Assembly: GCA_964246015.1 (NCBI GenBank)
Contig: CAXTPG010000011.1
Location: 357-64,356, forward strand
DNA length: 64,000 nucleotides
From: an uncultured Acetobacteraceae bacterium
Lineage (GTDB): Bacteria; Pseudomonadota; Alphaproteobacteria; Acetobacterales; Acetobacteraceae
Direction: 5' to 3'
The notes beneath the pieces are model-generated. The model did no database searches. It was given only the letters and a program-made list of their open reading frames with translations, and was not told the DNA's origin. A program made the translations under genes and the position numbers. Below are positions 44,556 through 51,510 of the stretch, one piece after another (within the stretch, counting starts at the first letter, position 1; each line of letters starts with the position of its first letter).

Positions 44556-45898
44556 TTCGCCGCCTCCGCCCGGGGAGCGGCGTATCGGCTCTCCGGCCGG
44601 GCCACGCCCAGGTTCTCCCGCAGCGTCGCCCCTTCGTACGCCGTCCGGTACAGCCCGCGCCGCTGCATCTCCGGCACCACCATCTCGACGAAATCTTCCA
44701 GCCCACCCGGCATGTGCGTCGCCAGCACGTTGAACCCGTCCGCCGCCCCGTTCTCGAACCACTCCTGCATGTGATCCACGATCTGCGCGGGCGTCCCGAT
44801 CATCTGCCGGTGCCCGTTCCCCGCCGCGATCGCCATGTAGAGCTGCCGGATCGTCAGCCCGTCCCGCGCCGCCCGGTCATACATCAACTGCCCCCGGCTC
44901 CGCATCCGCCACTCCGGCAGCAGCGGCACCGGCCCGTCCAGGTCGTAGCCCCGCAGATCCCCCATCGACCCCGCCAATTGCGACAACCCCACCAGCGGAT
45001 CGATCAACGCCTGCAGCACCTCGTGCTTGTCGTGCGCCTCCTGCGCCGTTCGCCCGACGATCGCCAGCAGCCCCGGCATGATCTTCAGCGCATCCGGCGC
45101 CCGTCCGTACTTCGCCATCCGGCCCTTCACCGAGGCGTAGTACGCCTGCGCCTCCCCGATCGTCTGGGACGCCGCATAGATGACGTCCGCCGTCGCCGCC
45201 GCCAGCTCCCGCCCCTGTTCGGAAGCCCCCGCCTGCACGATCACCGGGTGGCCCTGCGGCGTGCGCGCGACGTTCAACGGCCCCCGAACGCTGAAATGCT
45301 TGCCCTTGTGCGCCAGGATCCGCAGCTTGCCCGGGTCGTAGTTGACCCCGCTCGCCTGGTCCCGCACGAACGCATCGTCGTCCCAGCTGTCCCACAACCC
45401 CCGCACGACGTCGACGAACTCGATCGCCCGGTCGTAGCGGTCGTCATACCCCGGCGACTCCGGCAGGTTGAAGTTCTGCGCCTCCATATCCGTGCGGGAC
45501 GTCACCACGTTCCACCCGGCCCGGCCGCCGCTGATGTGGTCCAGCGACGCGAACTTCCGCGCCACATGGTACGGCTCGTTGTACGTGGTGCTCGCCGTCG
45601 CGACCAACCCCACCCGCGACGTCACCATCGCCAGCGCGGACAGCAGGGTCGTCGGCTCGAAATGCACGTTGTTGGACATGCGGGACAACGACCCCTCCGG
45701 CTCGTCATAGGCCCGGATGCCCACCCCGTCTGCCAGGAACGCCATGTCGAACAGCCCGCGCTCCGCGGCCTGCGTCACCCGCACGTAGTGCGTCAGCTCC
45801 ATGTTGCCGCCCGGCGGAGTTTCCGGATGCCGCCACGCCGCCGGGTGATACCCCAGCCCGATCATCGACACGCCCAGCTTGATCTGCCGCTTGCCCAT
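44552..45898 (-). CDS. LLM-class flavin-dependent monooxygenase (NtaA/SnaA/DszA family)
   Basis: Internal ATG at 45898-45896, beginning MGKRQIKLGVSMIGLGYHPAAWRHP, the canonical family start. Other blocks: FLAD, EP...L.ALA..T..IGL..T.ST.Y..PY..AR.FA.LD..S.GR.GWN.VT. Confidence 0.9.
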   Translation of the reverse strand: MGKRQIKLGVSMIGLGYHPAAWRHPETPPGGNMELTHYVRVTQAAERGLFDMAFLADGVGIRAYDEPEGSLSRMSNNVHFEPTTLLSALAMVTSRVGLVATASTTYNEPYHVARKFASLDHISGGRAGWNVVTSRTDMEAQNFNLPESPGYDDRYDRAIEFVDVVRGLWDSWDDDAFVRDQASGVNYDPGKLRILAHKGKHFSVRGPLNVARTPQGHPVIVQAGASEQGRELAAATADVIYAASQTIGEAQAYYASVKGRMAKYGRAPDALKIMPGLLAIVGRTAQEAHDKHEVLQALIDPLVGLSQLAGSMGDLRGYDLDGPVPLLPEWRMRSRGQLMYDRAARDGLTIRQLYMAIAAGNGHRQMIGTPAQIVDHMQEWFENGAADGFNVLATHMPGGLEDFVEMVVPEMQRRGLYRTAYEGATLRENLGVARPESRYAAPRAEAAN

Positions 45899-46206
45899 GG
45901 CCTCGCTCCCGGTCGCAATGCTCGGTACCAGAAATCTTGCAAGCGCTATACCAGGCCTGACAAGCACCAGCCGCGACGATGCTCGCGGTCGGCCAAAGGC
46001 GGCGCCCGGCCCCATGACCGGGATGCACCGCCGGCCGCCATCCTCCGGGACAGCCTGGCCCAGACCGCGAAACGTCTTCCGCCAGGCCGCAATCGCCGCG
46101 AGCGCGGCCAGGATCGAGCGTTGACGGGTCGTCTCCGCACCATTTACGCTCGTGCAACGGCCATCCCCTCCCCCGGCTTGGCCATCCCCGAATCAGGACG
46201 CCGCAC

Positions 46207-47037
46207 GTGGATCAAGCCCTGACGGACCGCCCGCCCGCACCCGCCCAGGCCGCCCCGCCCGACCCCGCGGCACGCGCAGCCGCGATCCTCGCCGCCTTCC
46301 ACACCGCCCTCGACGGCCCGACCGCCTTCACCCTCGCCTATCAGCCCCGGCTCGACATCCGCACCGCCCGCTGGACCGCGACCGAGGCCCTGCTGCGCTG
46401 GACCGACCCCGTCCTGGGGCCGCTTTCCCCCGCCGAGTTCATTCCCCTGCTCGAACACCATCGCCTGATCCGCCCCCTGACAAGGTGGGTCGTTCGCCGG
46501 GCCCTGGCCGACCACGTCGCCTGGACCGCCCTCGGCCACACGCTCGCCGTCTCCATCAACCTCTCCGCCCAGGACCTCGACGACCCGGCCTTCCCGCGCT
46601 GGCTGATCGAGGCGGCTGCCCGCGCCGGCGCCGACCCGGCCCAGGTCGAGCTGGAGATCACCGAAACCGCCAGGCTCCAGGAAGACGGCCCCGCCGCCGC
46701 AACGCTCGCGCGCCTTGCCCAGGCCGGGTTCGGCATCGCCATCGACGACTTCGGCGCCGGCTACAGCAACCTGCTCGCCCTGCGCGACGTCCCCGCCCGC
46801 ATCCTCAAGCTCGACCGCGGCCTCAGCCGATCGCTCGACACCAACCAGCGGGACCGCGTCATCGTCCGGTCCGTCATCGGCATGGCCCACGCCCTCGGCC
46901 TCATTGTCGTCGCCGAAGGCGTCGAGACGGCCCCGATCCTCGGCCTGCTGACCGAATGGGGCTGCGACCAGGCCCAGGGATGGCACATCGCCCGCCCCAT
47001 GCCGCTCGACCGCCTCCTCGCCCTCGCGCCCCATTGA
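46207..47037 (+). CDS. Stand-alone EAL-domain protein (predicted c-di-GMP phosphodiesterase)
   Basis: 276 aa with a GTG start. The catalytic set is present: EALLRW, SINLS (Asn), ELEITE, DDFGAGYS, KLD, AEGVE, QG. No sensor or GGDEF domain. Confidence 0.85.
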   Translation: MDQALTDRPPAPAQAAPPDPAARAAAILAAFHTALDGPTAFTLAYQPRLDIRTARWTATEALLRWTDPVLGPLSPAEFIPLLEHHRLIRPLTRWVVRRALADHVAWTALGHTLAVSINLSAQDLDDPAFPRWLIEAAARAGADPAQVELEITETARLQEDGPAAATLARLAQAGFGIAIDDFGAGYSNLLALRDVPARILKLDRGLSRSLDTNQRDRVIVRSVIGMAHALGLIVVAEGVETAPILGLLTEWGCDQAQGWHIARPMPLDRLLALAPH

Positions 47038-47044
47038 CCGACAC

Positions 47045-50000
47045 TTGACCACCCAGCGCACCGCCCGCCTCTTCGTCGCATCGCCGGGCGATGTCGGCCC
47101 CGAACGCCTCCGCCTCCAGTACATCGCCGACCGGCTCTCCGACGAACCCGGCGCACCCATCCGGTTCGAGGTCGTCCGGTGGGAGGAACGCCACTACCGC
47201 GCCAACCGCGGCTTCCAGGAACAGATCCCCGAACCCGCGTCCTGCGACATCGTCGTCGTCGTCTTCGGCAACGAACTCGGCACCCCCCTGGATGGCGACT
47301 TCAAGCACCGCATGCCCGGCGGCCAGCCGTATCCCAGCGGCACCGCCTACGAACTGCTTTCCGCCATCGACGCGGCCGACGCCAGCGGAAAGGGCGTTCC
47401 CGACGTCTTCGTCTACCGCAAGGCCGCCGTGCAGGCCTACACCGTCGACGAGGACGACGCCTACGACAGGGCGCGCGCCGCCCGAAAACGGCTCGACGCC
47501 TTCCTGCAGCACTCCTTCCGCACCGGCTCCGGCGGATGGCGGCGAAGCTACGTCCCCGTCGTCTCGACCGACGATTTCGGCGCTCGGGTCGAATCCATGC
47601 TCCGCGCCTGGGTCCGCGAACAGGGCGCCGAGGCCCTCGACCTCCGCTGGCGCATCGACCAGCAGGGATCCCCGTTCCGGGGCCTCGAAACCTTCGACGC
47701 AAGGCACGCCGCTGTCTTCTTCGGCCGCAACCAGAAGGTCCAGACCGCCACCGCCGCCCTCGTCGAGGCCGGCAACAGCCCCGCCCGCCACCCCTTCCTT
47801 CTCGTCGTCGGACCCAGCGGCGCCGGCAAGTCCTCCCTCGTTCGCGCCGGCGTCGTCCCGCGCGTCACGATGCCCGGCGCCGTTCCCGGCATCGACGCCT
47901 GGCGCGTCGCCGTCATGCGCCCCGGCGCCGCCGCCACACCCTTCGACTCCCTGGCCACCGCCCTCTTCCGCGACGGCAGCCCCGACCAGGACCCCGGCGG
48001 CTTCGGACCCGCCCTTCCCGAACTCGCCCAAGGCCTCTACGCGGACCCCGCCACCCTCGCCACCGCCCTCCGCCTCGATGCCGACGTCCGCGCCGCCCCC
48101 ATCATCGCCGCCCTGGACACCGCCGCAGCCGCCGAGGCCCGCCGCCGCGGCATCGAACATCCCTTCCGCACCGACCTCGTCCTCCTCGTCGACCAACTCG
48201 ACGAGGTCTTCGCCGCCGACGTCCCCGAACCCGAACGACGGGACTTCGGCCGCCTTCTGCTCGCGCTCGTCCGCAGCCGCCGGGTCTGGATCATCGCCAC
48301 CCTCCGCGCCGACCTCGTCGCCCGCATGATCGCCGACCCCGTCTTCCTTGCCCTTGCCGACAGGGGCGCCGAGTACAAGCTCGCCTCCCCCGGCGAAGCC
48401 GAACTCCGCGAGATCCTCGGCGACTCCGCCGCGGCGGCCGGCCTCGCCTACGACAACGACCCCGAACTCGGCCGCACCCTCGACGAGCAGCTTCTTCTCG
48501 ACGCAAGCGGCGCCGACGCCCTGCCGCTGCTGCAGTTCGCACTGAAGCAGCTCTTTGAAAAACGCGAGACGCTCGACCCGGCAACCGGCGCCGTCGCCCG
48601 CCTCACCTTCGCCGCCTATCGCGGGTTCGGCGGCCTCGACGGCGCCATCGACAGCGTCGGCGAGCAGGCGATCGCATCCGCCGCCCGCGAACTGGGCGAG
48701 GCCACGATCGAGACGGCACTGCCCCGCATGCTCCGCCGCATGGCCGCCGCCGTCCAGGAAGACGCGGGCGCCCTCGCCGGCACCATGGCCCTCACCCTCC
48801 GCGGCGCAACCCTCGACCACGCCGCCCCTGACGCCCCCTCCCGCCGCCTCGCCGGGATGCTCGTCGACGCCCGCCTGCTCGTCACCGACCGCGGCCCCGG
48901 CGGCGGCATGCTCCGCGTCGCCCATGAGCGCGTCATGACGAGCTGGCGCCGCGCCCGCGCCGTCGCGACCGGCCAGCGCGACTTCTTCCGCATCGCCCGC
49001 GACGTGGAACGCCAGCGCCAGCGCTGGGCCGACGGCGCGGAACGCCGCGAGCTGTTGCTGGAAGAAGGCGCACCCATCCAGGACGCCCAGCGCGTCCTCC
49101 GCGACTTCGGCGACGACCTGAGCCCCGCCACCCGCGACTACGTCGGACTCAGCCTGCGCCGTGCCCGCTGGTCCCGCCGCCGCCGCCGGGCCGCGATCGC
49201 CACCCTCTGCGCAACCGCCATGGTCGCGACCGTCGCCGCGTTCCTCGCCCGCAGCGTCGGCGAACGCTCCGAACGCAACTTCGAGGCGGCCCGAGGCGCC
49301 GCCGACCAGCTCGTCGCCGCCCTTCCCCAGCAGCTTCGGAACCAGCAAAACGTCAGCTTCCTCACCGTCGACACCGTCCTCCACGTCGTCGACACGCTTC
49401 TGACCACCATCGAAACCCAGCTCGCGGCCCCGCAGGGCGTCGTGCAGCACCAGGTCGAGGCCGTCGCCGCCCGCATGGGCGGCCTTTTTCCCGGTGCCGG
49501 CGCCGCGGCCGCATCCCTCGCCCGCATCCGCCGCAACCGTGCCGACATGCTCTACGAGTTCGCCGAAACCTACCACCAGGCCGCCGACAACCTCGCCCGC
49601 GCCCAGGACGCCGCCGAACGCAGCCTTGCCCTCTACACCGCCCTCCGCGACGAGGGCGACGTCTCCCCGGGCCTCGCCTGGCGGTTGCACCTCGTCCGCA
49701 TGGCGCTGGCCGATCTTCTCCGCGACGCCCTCAGACGCCCTCCGCCCCCGCGCCCACCGCCGCCCCAGGCCTATGCCGGCGTCATGCAGCACCTCACCCT
49801 TGCCCACGATATCGCCCGCGACCTCGTCGCCCGTGCCCCGGAAAACCTCGCCTTCGCCGCCGGCCTCTCCAAGGCCGTCACCCGCCAGGGCGACGTCCTC
49901 ATGCTCCAGAACGACCCGGCCGCCGCCGAACGCGCCTACGCCGAGCTGCAATCCCTCGCCCTCGCCGCATACCGCCGCGCGCCCGACGACATCCCCACCC

Positions 50001-50602
50001 TCCGCGAGCTGGGCTGGAGCTACCGCAAGCGCGGCGAAGCCCTCGCCCGCCCGGGCCCCAGCGCCCCCGCCCTCATCGAATTCGGCCGAGAGCTCTGCCT
50101 CCGCCGCGACGTCCTCCGCCGCAAGGGCGACGACCGCCTCCTCGACGAAGACCTCGGCTTCAGCCTCGCCAAGCTCGCCGAGGAGCGCGCCCGCCTCGGC
50201 GACCTCCAGGGCGCCCGCATCGCCTACTCCGTCGCCCTCGACCGCCGCACCGCCCTCGCTGACGGCGACTCCTCCAGCCGCAACTACGCCGAGACCGCAG
50301 CCCTCGCCATCGAACGCCTCCGCGACCTCTTCGACCGAATGGGCGACCGCCAGCGCGCCTTCGACTTTGCCGCCGCCGCCGCCGAGCGCCGCACCGGCAT
50401 CGCCCGCAAATGGACCGACCCCCGCTCTGCCGACTCCCTCGCCGCTGCGCAGACCCGTCTGAAGTCCCTGTCCGACCCTCCCCTCACCCCGACCGCCTCC
50501 TTTGAACAGGAACGCGCCTGGGCCACGTCCCACGCCGCCCCCGCCCTCGACGAGTGGGCCGCCGCCTGCACTGCCGAGCTCTCCCCCTACGGCGGCCCGT
50601 GA
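47045..50602 (+). CDS. Membrane-spanning STAND-type P-loop NTPase with a DUF4062/TIR-like N-terminal domain and a helical-repeat C-terminal domain
   Basis: 1185 aa, with a TTG start 7 nt after the EAL stop. N-terminus: RLFVASPGDVGPER...CDIVVVVFGNELG...SGTAYELLSAI....PDVFVYRK. NTPase: PFRGLETFDARHAAVFFGRN, Walker A VVGPSGAGKSSLVRAGVVP (47804-), Walker B LVLLVDQLDEVF, and sensor-like VWIIATLRADL and LRVAHERVMTSWRR. One TM helix AAIATLCATAMVATVAAFLA (49190-49249) is preceded by RRARWSRRRRR. Confidence 0.8.
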   Translation: MTTQRTARLFVASPGDVGPERLRLQYIADRLSDEPGAPIRFEVVRWEERHYRANRGFQEQIPEPASCDIVVVVFGNELGTPLDGDFKHRMPGGQPYPSGTAYELLSAIDAADASGKGVPDVFVYRKAAVQAYTVDEDDAYDRARAARKRLDAFLQHSFRTGSGGWRRSYVPVVSTDDFGARVESMLRAWVREQGAEALDLRWRIDQQGSPFRGLETFDARHAAVFFGRNQKVQTATAALVEAGNSPARHPFLLVVGPSGAGKSSLVRAGVVPRVTMPGAVPGIDAWRVAVMRPGAAATPFDSLATALFRDGSPDQDPGGFGPALPELAQGLYADPATLATALRLDADVRAAPIIAALDTAAAAEARRRGIEHPFRTDLVLLVDQLDEVFAADVPEPERRDFGRLLLALVRSRRVWIIATLRADLVARMIADPVFLALADRGAEYKLASPGEAELREILGDSAAAAGLAYDNDPELGRTLDEQLLLDASGADALPLLQFALKQLFEKRETLDPATGAVARLTFAAYRGFGGLDGAIDSVGEQAIASAARELGEATIETALPRMLRRMAAAVQEDAGALAGTMALTLRGATLDHAAPDAPSRRLAGMLVDARLLVTDRGPGGGMLRVAHERVMTSWRRARAVATGQRDFFRIARDVERQRQRWADGAERRELLLEEGAPIQDAQRVLRDFGDDLSPATRDYVGLSLRRARWSRRRRRAAIATLCATAMVATVAAFLARSVGERSERNFEAARGAADQLVAALPQQLRNQQNVSFLTVDTVLHVVDTLLTTIETQLAAPQGVVQHQVEAVAARMGGLFPGAGAAAASLARIRRNRADMLYEFAETYHQAADNLARAQDAAERSLALYTALRDEGDVSPGLAWRLHLVRMALADLLRDALRRPPPPRPPPPQAYAGVMQHLTLAHDIARDLVARAPENLAFAAGLSKAVTRQGDVLMLQNDPAAAERAYAELQSLALAAYRRAPDDIPTLRELGWSYRKRGEALARPGPSAPALIEFGRELCLRRDVLRRKGDDRLLDEDLGFSLAKLAEERARLGDLQGARIAYSVALDRRTALADGDSSSRNYAETAALAIERLRDLFDRMGDRQRAFDFAAAAAERRTGIARKWTDPRSADSLAAAQTRLKSLSDPPLTPTASFEQERAWATSHAAPALDEWAAACTAELSPYGGP

Positions 50603-50649
50603 CCGCGGGACCGGTTCCCCGCCCGTCCCGCCTGGGGCATCATGCCGCC

Positions 50650-51510
50650 ATGCCCCTCCCCCGCCGCCGCTTCCTGTTCGCCGCAGCCTGCGCCGCCTGC
50701 GCCCCAACCGCCCTGCGCGCCGCCACTGCGCCCGACGCGCTCGCAACCGTCCCCGCCCCAACCCTCACCCCCGCCGAGCAGGAGCGCCACCGCATCCTCA
50801 TGCTCCTCGCCATGGCCCTCACCCACGACGAATGGGGCATCAACCCGGAGCGCCCGGACCTCCTTCGCGACTATGCCGCCGCGGCACCCGGACGCTCCTT
50901 CCGTCCCTATGTCGGCCACAATATCGGCGCCCTTCTCGTCGACGCCGCCGGGGGCATCGTCGGCTTCCAGCGCAACCGCAACGTCCAGCTCAACAGCACG
51001 CTGGAACACGCCGAGGCCCGCGCCGTCCGCATCGCCATCGCCGACGCCAACGCGCGCCGCCGCCGCGCCGGCCTCCGTCTCAACGACTACGCGACCCTGC
51101 TTCGCGGCCACCGCGTCTACACGACGCTCGAACCCTGCGCCCAGTGCGCCGGCATCATGACGCTCGCGACGCTCGACGCCGTCGTCTTCCCCCAGGACGA
51201 CCCCGGCCAGCACCACGTCGCCGCCATCCTCTACAACCTCAACGACGGCCTCGGCCCCCGCCGCGGCCCGGCCCCCTTGCGCGCCGCCTTCATGCCGCAG
51301 GCCGCCGCCCTCGCCGACGCCTACGCCGCCTTCGCCGCCGCCGCCCCCCCGGGCGGACGCACCGGCCTCACCTCCTTCCTCGAGACCGTCGCCGCCTGGC
51401 GCATCTTCGGCACCGCCGTCCAGGACCTCGCGACGATGCAGCCCGAGGACCCCGCCAACCGCCAGAACCTGGCTGCCGCACGCGCGTTCCGCAACCGCCC
51501 GCGCCTATAG
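50650..51510 (+). CDS. CDA-fold (cytidine/deoxycytidylate-type) zinc deaminase with a Tat-type signal peptide
   Basis: Internal ATG at 50650 of ORF 50554..51510. Begins MPLPRRRFLFAAACAACAPTALRAATAP (twin-Arg plus h-region plus AxA). Zinc motifs: LEHAEARA (H120, E122) and TLEPCAQCAG (C163, C166). Confidence 0.75.
   Translation: MPLPRRRFLFAAACAACAPTALRAATAPDALATVPAPTLTPAEQERHRILMLLAMALTHDEWGINPERPDLLRDYAAAAPGRSFRPYVGHNIGALLVDAAGGIVGFQRNRNVQLNSTLEHAEARAVRIAIADANARRRRAGLRLNDYATLLRGHRVYTTLEPCAQCAGIMTLATLDAVVFPQDDPGQHHVAAILYNLNDGLGPRRGPAPLRAAFMPQAAALADAYAAFAAAAPPGGRTGLTSFLETVAAWRIFGTAVQDLATMQPEDPANRQNLAAARAFRNRPRL

Noticed and set aside
46901-50761. 1286-aa minus-strand ORF opposite the STAND NTPase.
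   Set aside because: It is Gly/Ala/Glu/Val low-complexity. The plus-strand frame has an ordered Walker A, Walker B and sensor motif series plus a TM helix.
46207-51510. Whether the NTPase + deaminase pair is a RADAR-type (RdrA/RdrB) or dCTP-deaminase defence system.
   Set aside because: The deaminase here is a small CDA-fold protein with a Tat signal, not the large adenosine-deaminase-like RdrB or a kinase-fused dCTP deaminase. The NTPase is a NACHT-like STAND with a TM helix, not an RdrA-type ATPase. I therefore keep it as an unnamed candidate.
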